Shown: positions 49,646 to 58,398 of the stretch, one piece after another | Layout of the letters: each line of letters begins with the position of its first letter | Numbering within the stretch: the stretch's first letter is position 1 | Assembly: GCA_018433595.1 (NCBI GenBank) | Contig: JAHDQY010000014.1 | Location: 2,793 to 66,792 of the forward strand | DNA: 64,000 nt | Origin: Synergistales bacterium | GTDB taxonomy: Bacteria > Synergistota > Synergistia > Synergistales > Aminithiophilaceae | Reading direction: 5' to 3' | Program-made: the position numbers and the translations under genes | Notes under the pieces: model-generated | Database searches by the model: none | Told to the model about the DNA's origin: nothing | Seen by the model: only the letters and a program-made list of their open reading frames with translations

Positions 49646-50536
49646 ATGAACGTCAACAAGCAGGTCGATGGTGATCTTTTCAGCCGCCTCCGCCGGGGGG
49701 CGGAAGCCTTTCCGAGCCAGCAGCAGCTTGTCTGCGGCTACATCATCGGCCACTACCAGGAGGTGGCCTTCATGACCGTCGAGGAGCTGGGCCAGGCCAG
49801 TGGCGTCAGCCCCGCAACGGTGGTCCGTACGGTGGCCCGTCTCGGTTACGAGAGCTACCACGATCTTCTTCAGGAGATTCAGGAGATGCTCATCTCTACC
49901 AGGACCTCCCTCTGGTGGCAGATCGAGAAATCCTGGGACTACCGGGAAAACCCCGAGTTCGAATCGGGAGGGCGTGTCCTCTCCGAGGTGGCCCGCCAGA
50001 ACGTCGAGAGCATCCAACGCTCCCTTTCCCCTCTGCTGCTTGAGAACTTCGCCAAGGCCTGCGACATCCTCAAGGGGGCGCGGAAGCTGGCTATTCTGGG
50101 CCTGCGCTCTTCCCGTGGTGCCGCCCTTATCTGCTACTCCCTTTTCAACCAGTTTCTCGACAACGTCCTCCTCCCCGATCATGCCGGTTCCGACGAGATG
50201 TACGCCGATCTCGTCGATCTCGATGGGAACGACGCCCTCCTGGCCATTTCTGTCGGAGGCCCCCACTTCGCCTGCCGGACCCTCGAGGCCGTCGACTTCG
50301 TTCATGGCCAGGGAGTGCCCGTCGTTCTCATCACCACCGACATGGCCTGTCCCGCAGCCCCCTCGGCCGATGTTCTCCTTCACGTCGTCGCCACTGAAGG
50401 GCATTACTCTCTCGTGCCGGTCCTCACCGTTGTCGATGCCCTCGTCGTGGAGCTGGGTCACCACTATCGCGATAGCGCTATCAAGAAACTGCGGACCCTG
50501 GAAAAGCTTCTCGTCGATAAGAAGATCACCCTTTGA
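49646..50536 (+). CDS. MurR/RpiR-family transcriptional regulator (HTH_6 + SIS domain)
   Basis: 'LVCGYIIGHYQEVAFMTVEELGQASGVSPATVVRTVARLGYESYHDL' HTH and a C-terminal SIS-like 'LAILGLRSSRGAA...ALLAISVGG'. The ATG at 49646 has an AGGAGAG RBS. Confidence 0.75.
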   Translation: MNVNKQVDGDLFSRLRRGAEAFPSQQQLVCGYIIGHYQEVAFMTVEELGQASGVSPATVVRTVARLGYESYHDLLQEIQEMLISTRTSLWWQIEKSWDYRENPEFESGGRVLSEVARQNVESIQRSLSPLLLENFAKACDILKGARKLAILGLRSSRGAALICYSLFNQFLDNVLLPDHAGSDEMYADLVDLDGNDALLAISVGGPHFACRTLEAVDFVHGQGVPVVLITTDMACPAAPSADVLLHVVATEGHYSLVPVLTVVDALVVELGHHYRDSAIKKLRTLEKLLVDKKITL

Positions 50537-50624
50537 GACAGATCTGATCGGTGATGTTTGAAGCCGCGATTCAGGTCCCTTCGAGGGCCTCGACGTCTTC
50601 GGAAAGATGGAGGTGTAAAAACCA

Positions 50625-53600
50625 ATGAAAAGGCGCGCTTTGGCTTGGATCTGTCTCTTTTTTTGCTGGATCGGGGCATCGATGGCCCGGGCCGACGATT
50701 TTCAGGTGCTCTCCGTTATGCCCCAGGGAGAGACGGCCGGGCGTCCCGAGATCAGTCTGACCTTTTCGGCGCCGGTGGCCGACGAGTCCCTTCAGGGGAG
50801 GACCCTCCCTCCGGAGCGGCTGCCCCTGGAGATCCGCCCCCGCCTCGAGGGGGACGGCGCCTGGGACGGCGCCGATCGGCTGGTTTTCACGCCCCGGGCG
50901 CCCCTGGCTCCGGCCACGGAGTACCGGTTGACCCTCAAGCCCCTCCGGGACCGCTCCGGCCGGCTTCTGGCCGGCCCTCAGTCCTTCGAGTTCCGCACGG
51001 CTCCCCTGAAGCTCCTTGAGGTGCGCCCCGTCGAGAGGGACCCCTACGGCGGGATGACGCTGGAGTTCGTTTTCTCCCTTCCCGTCCCCCCTCAGAGGCT
51101 TTCGGGTTTCGTCTCGGCCGAGAGCGGAGGCCAGACGGTGAATCTGGCCCCTCAGGGTCAGGTCCCGTCGGAGAAGGTCCGCGTCACGGCCGACTCCGTC
51201 CCCGGTCCGACGCTGACTCTGAAGGTGGAGAAGGGCCTCGCCGCCGATGTCGGGCCTCTGGGGCTGGAGGAGACGCGGACGATCACCGTCGACGCCTCGG
51301 CAAGGCTGACCGTCACCGGAAGCTATGCCGAGAGCCGGGATGACCAGGGACGCATCTTCCTCTACACCTCCCGCCCCGTCGACCCCGGTGACGTGAAGGG
51401 CTACCTGACCCTGTCGCCGCAGAGATCCTTCCGGGTCGAGCCGCTTTACGCCGGTTTCGCCCTCGTCGGCGATTTCGCCCCTAGGGAACGGATCACCGTC
51501 ACCCTGAAGAAGGGGCTGGGCGGGAGCGACGGCCTCGAAGCCGATAAAGTCCAGTCGTTCGTCATGCCCGATCGGGACCGGTCCGTCCGGTTTCCCCTGG
51601 CGGGGACCTTCCTCACCCCCGTCGAGGAGCCCCGCATCGCCCTGGAGACGGTCAATCTCGACGCTGTCGAGATTTCAGCCTGGAAGCTCTACCCCAACAA
51701 CATTCCTCTCGTGACGGGGGCCCTCGGCGACGGGGGTGAGCCGCCCAAGGCCCTGGCCCTCTCTTTCGGGACGAAGCGCTTCCGCGTCGACAACCGGCTC
51801 AACGGGACGGTGCGGGGAGCCGTCGATCTCGGTGAGCTTCTCGGCGAGAGTCGAGGCGTCTTCCTCATCGAGGCCGGCGACGGCGAGGGAGGCTGGAACG
51901 TGGCCCGCCAGATGGTGACCCTCACCGATCTGGGCCTTTCGGCCCGGGTTTGGGAGAGGGGGATGCTGGTCTGGGTCAACGCCCTATCTTCGGCCGAGCC
52001 CCTCAAGGGAGCCTCCGTCTCGGTCTACTCCTCGAGCAATCAGCTTCTGGCACGGGGAGTCACCGACGGAGACGGTCTCTGGGTCGCCCGCCGGGAGAGC
52101 TCCTGGGAGAGTCAGCTGCGCCCCGCCGTGATCACCGTCGAGCACGAGGGGGATCTCTCCTTCCTGATCCTCGCGGGGGACCGCTTCGCCGACGCGGGAG
52201 TGGACGGTTCCGGCGCTCCCTGGGTGACGACCTACGAGGTCGACTGCCTCCTCCCCCGGGGGATCTTCCGCCCCGGCGAGACCGTCGACGTGACGGCTCT
52301 CGTCCGGGACGGCAGGATGAACCCGGCCGGCACCTTCCCCCTCCTCTGGAAGGTGACCAACTCTGTCGGAATGGAGGTCTTCCGGGGGTCGGAGAAGCTC
52401 TCTCCGGCGGGGACGATGAGGGCCGCCTTCGATCTTCCCCCTGAGGCCCCCACGGGGCGCTACCGTTTCGATCTCTTCGCGGCGGGTCAGGAGGAGAGGC
52501 CTCTGGGAGGTGCCGCCTTTCAGGTCGAGGATTTCACCCCTCCCCGGATCGATGTCAACCTCACCTCACCCCGGAGCCTTCTCCTGGCGGGAGAGACTCT
52601 TCACCTCGATTTCAACGCCGCCTATCTCTTCGGGGCCCCCTCGCCGGGGCTCAACTGGGAAATTCAGGCCGTGACGCTGCCCCGGACCTTCCGGTCCCTG
52701 CGCTTTCCCGAGTTCGCCTTCGGCGACGGTGAGAAGAGCTTCCAGAGATCGGAAGAGCATCTCGGGTCGGGGACGCTCGACGACGAGGGGCGGGGCGGTC
52801 TCGACTGGACCGTTCCCGAGGGCTGGAAGGCTCCCTCCCAGGTGGATCTGGTCTGCTCTTTCCAGGTGATGGAGCCCGGCGGCCGCTGGGTCTCGCGTCA
52901 TCTCTCGCTGCCTTGTGCCGTGACGCCTCTTCAGATCGGCATCCGCTCCCCCGTCGGCGATCTCCGGCCCGGTGTGCCCCTCCCCTTCCGGGTGGCGGCG
53001 GTGACGGCCGACGACACTCCCGCCGAGGCTTCCCTCACCTGGGAGCTCTTCTCCCTCGCCGACCGCTACGTCATGGTCCGCGAAGAGGGACGGACGCGGA
53101 TGCGCTGGCAGGAGGAGAAGGTCCCCCTTGCCGAGGGCGGTCTTGTCCTGAAGGAGGGTCTTGCCGATCTCTCCCTTGAACCCGGGGGCGAAGGGCGGTT
53201 CCTCCTTCTCCTCTCCGACGGCAAAGGGTCGTCGGCCTCGGCCCGTTTCGATGTCTGGCACCCCTGGGGGCAGTCGGCCAAAGGGGCCTCGCTCCCCGAC
53301 CGGGTCGATCTGGAGCTGGACAAGCCGCTCTACAGGCCCGGCGAGAGGGCCTCTCTCGCCTACCGGGCCCCCTTCCCCGGGCGGGCTCTCGTCACTGTCG
53401 AGGCGGAGGGGCTCGTCCGGGCCCAGGTCCTCAAATCGGTCGACGCCGAGGGGACCGTCACCGTCGATGTCGACCGATCGATCTGGCCCAACGGCTGGTG
53501 CACCTTCCAGGTGATCCGTCCCATGGAGGGGGGCGACGGAGGACCTTCGAGCGCCCTGGGCGCCCTCCCGCTGACGGTGGAGAGCGAACGCCTCAAGGCC

Positions 53601-55817
53601 CGCCTGAAGCTGGAGGTGCCTGAAAAGGTCGAGCCGGGGGGAACCGTCGACGTGGCCCTCTCCGTGACCGACGCGAGGGGAAAGCCCCTCTCGGGAGAGC
53701 TCTGGCTCGCTTTGGTGGACCGGGGCATCCTGGGCCTGACGGACCACGAGACGCCCGATCCCTTCAAGAGCTTCACGGCCCGGCGCAGGCTCGGTTCCCG
53801 CGCCTGCGACCTCTACGACGAACTGATCCCCATCGAATCGCGCCAGACGCCGCTCCTTCACCCCGCCGGCGGCTCCGATGCCTCCCCCCTCCTGGGGCTG
53901 GCCCTTTCGCCTCTTCAGGCCCGGGGCTTCCGGGTGCTCTCGGAGGTGCGCTCCGTCGCCGTCGAAAAGGGCTCGGCCCGCGTCTCTTTCGATCTGCCCG
54001 AGTTCTCCGGAGGCGCCCGGATCATGGCCGTCTTCTCCGGCCCGACCGTCGGCTCGGCCCAGGGAGATGTGGCCATCGCCCGTCCCGTGACCGTCGATCC
54101 CCCCCTTCCCCAGGTTCTCGCCCCGGGCGACAGGGCCGTCGTTCCCCTCCAGGTTCTCTCCACGGCTTCGGCCGACCTGGCTCTGGAGCTGACCGTCAGC
54201 GCCGAAGGAGCCCTCTCCCTTGAAGGAGAGAACGCCTTCTCCCTGACGGTTTCGCCCGGCGAGAGCCGCCTCATCGACCTCCCCCTGAGGGCCTCCTCCG
54301 AAGCGGGCGGCGGGAGCCTCTCCGTCTCCGTGAAGGGGCCCGGGCTCGATTTCATCGTCGGCCGGGAGACCGTCGTCCGCCCCGCCATGCCGCCCGTTAC
54401 CCTTTCGGGAGGCGCCGTCATCGAACCCGGCACCTTCGTCTTGAAGGAAGCGGGACGATGGTTTCCCGGAACGCTGCGGACCTCCCTCTATCTCTCGGGG
54501 TCGCCCAAGGCCGACCTGCTCCCCCTTCTGACCTTCCTGAGAGGCTACCCCTACGGCTGCCTCGAACAGATCGTCTCCTCGGCCTGGCCTCTCGTCGCCG
54601 TCCCCGATATGGTCGGAAGCGACGCCGCCGAGATCCGGCGTCTCCTCGGAGAGGTCGTGGCCCGCCTCCAGACCTACCAGCTCTACAGCGGAGCCTTCGC
54701 CTCCTGGCCCAACGGCTCCTTCGACGGCTGGGGGAGCCTCTACGCCGCCCACTTTCTGGCCTCCCTCGACGCCGGCCTGGTCCCCGAGGCCATGTCCCGC
54801 CGCGTCGACGTCTTCCTTCAGTCCGTCCTGGCCGATGTCTCCGACGACGGGGGCGATCTCTCCCGCAAGGCCTATGGGGCCTACGTCATGGCCCTCTCGG
54901 GGAACCCTCCTCTGGGGTGGATGGCCTGGCTCTCGGAACGGATCGGCGAGATGGACGACGCCGGCCGGACCCTCCTGGCCGGAGCCTACGGCCTGGCGGG
55001 GAAGAAGGAGACGGGGCTGACGCTGCTCGGAGGCGGTCTCCCGGGGCGTGACCCCTACGCCTCGCCCCTGCGGGATCAGGCCCTCCGCCTGCTGGCCCTG
55101 GGAGCCCTCGAACCGGGCGGCGCCGATGAGGCCGCCCTGGCCTCGGAGCTGCTTCGCTCCATCGGCTCGCGGCCTCTCTCCACCCAGGAGGCGGGGGTGG
55201 CCCTTCTGGCCCTGGGCCGATACCTGGCCCGGGCCGATCTGCGTCCCTTCTCCGCCGCCGTCGGCGACGGGCTGTCGAGCTTCTCCCTGGCCACCGGCGA
55301 TGACCGGCTCCTTTCGGCCGATCATTTCGTCGCCTGGCGCGTGGAAAACAGCGGTCCCGGGCCGCTCTACGCGAACTGGACCGCATCGGGAGTCCCCCTC
55401 GACCCCGTCGAGGCCGAAGACCGCGGCGTTCAGGTGCGGCGCACCTTCACCGACCGGGAGGGGAACGTCCTGGACCCGGCCCTCCCCCTCAAGCCGGGCC
55501 AGGAGATCCGCGTCCGCATCGATATCGTCCCCACCGGAACGGTCCGAGATCTCATCGTCATCGACGTTCTCCCCGGCTGTTTCGAAGTCTGGAATCCCGC
55601 CCTCGCCCCCGGAGAGGAGACGTTGAGCGCCCGGAGAGAGGTCCGTTTCGACCGGGTCCTCTTCTTCCCCGACGCGGTGGACCGGACCGTGACGCTGGGC
55701 TATCGCTGCCGCGTCGTCACCCGGGGCGATTTCGAGCTGCCTCCCGTCGTCGCCGAGGCCATGTACGCCCCCGGAATCCGGAGCCTCAGCGGCGGAGGGC
55801 GGTTGACGGTCCGCTAG
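50625..55817 (+). CDS. bacterial alpha-2-macroglobulin family protein with thioester motif
   Basis: 1730 aa with an N-terminal signal/lipobox-like 'LFFCWIGASMA'. The thioester 'GYPYGCLEQIVSS' is present. Size and position upstream of pbpC are as in yfhM-pbpC pairs. Confidence 0.85.
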   Translation: MKRRALAWICLFFCWIGASMARADDFQVLSVMPQGETAGRPEISLTFSAPVADESLQGRTLPPERLPLEIRPRLEGDGAWDGADRLVFTPRAPLAPATEYRLTLKPLRDRSGRLLAGPQSFEFRTAPLKLLEVRPVERDPYGGMTLEFVFSLPVPPQRLSGFVSAESGGQTVNLAPQGQVPSEKVRVTADSVPGPTLTLKVEKGLAADVGPLGLEETRTITVDASARLTVTGSYAESRDDQGRIFLYTSRPVDPGDVKGYLTLSPQRSFRVEPLYAGFALVGDFAPRERITVTLKKGLGGSDGLEADKVQSFVMPDRDRSVRFPLAGTFLTPVEEPRIALETVNLDAVEISAWKLYPNNIPLVTGALGDGGEPPKALALSFGTKRFRVDNRLNGTVRGAVDLGELLGESRGVFLIEAGDGEGGWNVARQMVTLTDLGLSARVWERGMLVWVNALSSAEPLKGASVSVYSSSNQLLARGVTDGDGLWVARRESSWESQLRPAVITVEHEGDLSFLILAGDRFADAGVDGSGAPWVTTYEVDCLLPRGIFRPGETVDVTALVRDGRMNPAGTFPLLWKVTNSVGMEVFRGSEKLSPAGTMRAAFDLPPEAPTGRYRFDLFAAGQEERPLGGAAFQVEDFTPPRIDVNLTSPRSLLLAGETLHLDFNAAYLFGAPSPGLNWEIQAVTLPRTFRSLRFPEFAFGDGEKSFQRSEEHLGSGTLDDEGRGGLDWTVPEGWKAPSQVDLVCSFQVMEPGGRWVSRHLSLPCAVTPLQIGIRSPVGDLRPGVPLPFRVAAVTADDTPAEASLTWELFSLADRYVMVREEGRTRMRWQEEKVPLAEGGLVLKEGLADLSLEPGGEGRFLLLLSDGKGSSASARFDVWHPWGQSAKGASLPDRVDLELDKPLYRPGERASLAYRAPFPGRALVTVEAEGLVRAQVLKSVDAEGTVTVDVDRSIWPNGWCTFQVIRPMEGGDGGPSSALGALPLTVESERLKARLKLEVPEKVEPGGTVDVALSVTDARGKPLSGELWLALVDRGILGLTDHETPDPFKSFTARRRLGSRACDLYDELIPIESRQTPLLHPAGGSDASPLLGLALSPLQARGFRVLSEVRSVAVEKGSARVSFDLPEFSGGARIMAVFSGPTVGSAQGDVAIARPVTVDPPLPQVLAPGDRAVVPLQVLSTASADLALELTVSAEGALSLEGENAFSLTVSPGESRLIDLPLRASSEAGGGSLSVSVKGPGLDFIVGRETVVRPAMPPVTLSGGAVIEPGTFVLKEAGRWFPGTLRTSLYLSGSPKADLLPLLTFLRGYPYGCLEQIVSSAWPLVAVPDMVGSDAAEIRRLLGEVVARLQTYQLYSGAFASWPNGSFDGWGSLYAAHFLASLDAGLVPEAMSRRVDVFLQSVLADVSDDGGDLSRKAYGAYVMALSGNPPLGWMAWLSERIGEMDDAGRTLLAGAYGLAGKKETGLTLLGGGLPGRDPYASPLRDQALRLLALGALEPGGADEAALASELLRSIGSRPLSTQEAGVALLALGRYLARADLRPFSAAVGDGLSSFSLATGDDRLLSADHFVAWRVENSGPGPLYANWTASGVPLDPVEAEDRGVQVRRTFTDREGNVLDPALPLKPGQEIRVRIDIVPTGTVRDLIVIDVLPGCFEVWNPALAPGEETLSARREVRFDRVLFFPDAVDRTVTLGYRCRVVTRGDFELPPVVAEAMYAPGIRSLSGGGRLTVR

Positions 55818-55820
55818 ACC

Positions 55821-57977
55821 TTGGCCTCCTCGAAGGTTCCTTTCTGGGCGCTCCTTTTTCTGGCGGCGCTTTGCATCGTCAGGGGGGTCCTGCCGCCCCC
55901 CCTTCCCACGGAGGAGGTTGCCGCCATCGAGCCGTCGCCGACGGTGACGGACCGGTCGGGGCGCCTCCTCTGGGTGGGGCTGACCCAGGCCGATCAGGTC
56001 TGCATCCCCCTCTCCCTGGACCAGATGGGACGGTGGCTCCCCCTCGTCGTCGTCGAGGTGGAGGATCGGCGTTTCTTCAGCCACCGGGGCATCGACTGGC
56101 TCGGCCTGGCCCGCGCGGCCTGGCAGAACCTCTCCCAGCGGCGGATCGTCTCGGGGGGGTCGACCCTGACGAGCCAGCTCGTGCGGCTCGTCCGTCCCCG
56201 GGAGCGGAATCTCGCCTCCAAGGCCGTCGAATTCCTCCAGGCCCTGGGACTGGAGCGAAAGCTCTCGAAAGAGGAGATCCTCGAGCTCTACCTCAACAGG
56301 GCCCCCTTCGGAGGCAACCTGCAGGGAGCCGCCGCCGGGGCCTTGGCCTGGTGGGGGAAGCGGCCGGCCGATCTCTCCCTGGCCGAGGCAGTCACTCTCG
56401 TGGCCCTCCTCAAGGGGCCCACCCGCTACCGGCCCGATCTCTACCCGGAGCGGCTCAAGGCGCGAAGGGATCTTATCCTCGACGACCTGGTCCGTCGGGG
56501 GCGCGTGAACGAGATCGAGGCCCGTCTGGCCCGATCGGAGGCGCTCCCCCGGACCATGACCCTCCCTCGGGAGGAGTTTCTTTTCGTCTCCCAGCTTTTG
56601 AGGCGCCATCCCCAGGGCGGAGTTTCCACCCTCGACCCCTGCCTGCAGAGGCTGGTGAGCCGCGGCGTCGCCGCAGGGCTTCGCCCCCTGCCGCCGGAGG
56701 TCACGGCTGCGGCCGTCGTCGTCGACAATCAGGACGGCTCCGTCCGGGCCTACGTGGGCAACGGCCGCTTCGGAGATTCCCTCCCCTGGGGGTGGGTCGA
56801 CTGCGGAGACGCCCCCCGGTCGCCGGGGTCGGCGCTGAAGCCCTTCGTCTACGCCATGGCCCTCGACGAGGGGTTGCTCTCCCCGTCATCCCTCATGGCC
56901 GACACCCCCCTCGCCCTCTCGGGGCGGGCTCCCCGAAATTTCGATCTCCGCTACCGCGGCCCCGTCTCCATGGCCGACGCCCTGGCCGACTCCCTCAACG
57001 TCCCCGCCGTCCGGGCCATGAGGGCTCTCGGCGCCGACCGCTTTCTTCACCGGCTCAGGAATCTCGGCTTCTCGCGCCTCATCGGCGACGGCGCCCACTA
57101 CGGCGACTCCCTCGTCCTGGGCGGCTGCGAGGTGACGCTGCTGGAAATGGCCCGCGCCTACCGGAGCCTTGCCTCGGGGCGCGCCGGTCCCCTGCGCTTC
57201 ACCGAAGGCCCGACCGAGAGGGAGGGGCGCTCCCCCTTCTCCGATGAAAGCGCCTTTCTTGTCGGCGAGATCCTCCGTGACGGGCGGCGCCTCTCCCGGG
57301 CCCAGCGATCCCTCCTTCAGGGGCGCGTCGACATGGCCTTCAAGACGGGCACCTCCTACGGCCTTCGAGACGCCTGGGCCGTTGCCTGGAACGGGAAATG
57401 GACCGTCGCCGTCTGGATGGGCGATCCCCTGGGGACGCCCCACTCGGAGCTGGTGGGGCTTTCCGCCGCCGTTCCCGTCGTGGTCGAGATCATGGCCGCT
57501 CTGGGCGGCACCATGGCCGATCCGCCTCCGGGAGTCGCCCGACGGCAGGTCTGCTCCCTTTCGGGACGGCCTCCCACCTCCGCCTGTCCCCGCCTCCGCG
57601 AAGCCTGGCATATCCCCGGCCTCTCCCCCTCCATGCCCTGCCGCCTTCACCGCTGGCAGGGAGGAGAGGCGGTCACCGTCTGGCCCCGGGAGCTGGCGGC
57701 TCCGGGGGAGCGCTCCCTGAAGGAGGCTCCCTTGCGGATCGTCTCCCCTCTTGAGGGGACGACCTACGTGGTCCCTCCCTGGGGCGACCCGCCGCGGATC
57801 GCCCTCTCCTGCGAAGCCTCTCAGGGGGTCGTGAGCTGGTTCGTCGACGGCCGCCACGTCGGCGATGCCCCGGCGGGGCGTCCCCTCTTCTGGACGGTCA
57901 CGGAGGGGCGGCACCGCATCGGCGCCGTCGACGAGGCGGGACGGTCCCACGGCGTGGAAATGAACGTCTCCCGTTGA
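55821..57977 (+). CDS. pbpC: penicillin-binding protein 1C (transglycosylase/transpeptidase)
   Basis: 718 aa. GT51 motifs 'EDRRFFSHRGID' and 'GGSTLTSQL', transpeptidase 'SPGSALKPF' (SxxK) and 'KTGTS', and a C-terminal PBP1C domain. TTG start 3 nt after the A2M stop. Confidence 0.85.
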   Translation: MASSKVPFWALLFLAALCIVRGVLPPPLPTEEVAAIEPSPTVTDRSGRLLWVGLTQADQVCIPLSLDQMGRWLPLVVVEVEDRRFFSHRGIDWLGLARAAWQNLSQRRIVSGGSTLTSQLVRLVRPRERNLASKAVEFLQALGLERKLSKEEILELYLNRAPFGGNLQGAAAGALAWWGKRPADLSLAEAVTLVALLKGPTRYRPDLYPERLKARRDLILDDLVRRGRVNEIEARLARSEALPRTMTLPREEFLFVSQLLRRHPQGGVSTLDPCLQRLVSRGVAAGLRPLPPEVTAAAVVVDNQDGSVRAYVGNGRFGDSLPWGWVDCGDAPRSPGSALKPFVYAMALDEGLLSPSSLMADTPLALSGRAPRNFDLRYRGPVSMADALADSLNVPAVRAMRALGADRFLHRLRNLGFSRLIGDGAHYGDSLVLGGCEVTLLEMARAYRSLASGRAGPLRFTEGPTEREGRSPFSDESAFLVGEILRDGRRLSRAQRSLLQGRVDMAFKTGTSYGLRDAWAVAWNGKWTVAVWMGDPLGTPHSELVGLSAAVPVVVEIMAALGGTMADPPPGVARRQVCSLSGRPPTSACPRLREAWHIPGLSPSMPCRLHRWQGGEAVTVWPRELAAPGERSLKEAPLRIVSPLEGTTYVVPPWGDPPRIALSCEASQGVVSWFVDGRHVGDAPAGRPLFWTVTEGRHRIGAVDEAGRSHGVEMNVSR

Positions 57978-58398
57978 TCCCGATCGGAAGGCTCCAGCCG
58001 CTTCCGAGATCCGGCGGCTCCTGCCCGCCCTGTCGGCGGGGGCAGACCGTCTTTGGACGACCCTGACATTCCGTCAGGGTTTTCTCTTTTCTTCGATGCC
58101 GTTTGGTTCCGCCAATCAGGAAGACGTTGTCGCTTCTTCGATATTTTTTGAAGGGTTTTTTGTTTTGATTCTCAATAAAACATTGAAACAAGAGCCCATG
58201 TTTATTGAGCTTTCATAGTTTTATTTATCATTTGGAATCATGTAGTTCAAAATCGCCTTCTGATGATTCAAATCTGGCGACCTTTGCATTTTTTGCCCGA
58301 TGTCACGGTTGTAAGTCTCTATGGAGCATGTTTTAATGGCGAAGAGCCGCCGTTGAACCTAATCAATTACGCATTGTCGGACGAGGAGGTAAATTGCA

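Noticed and set aside
52566-56609. 1347-aa minus-strand ORF
   Set aside because: It is antisense to the alpha-2-macroglobulin and pbpC genes, which carry clear family motifs (CLEQ thioester, GT51, SxxK). Its translation is Gly/Glu/Arg/Pro-rich low complexity.
58080-58398. Sigma-28 (TAAA-N15-GCCGATAA) promoter or a small RNA in the AT-rich 420-nt region upstream of the MCP gene
   Set aside because: GCCCGATGT at about 58296 is only a partial -10 match with no properly spaced TAAA. The region has no recognisable ncRNA family signature or stable terminator.
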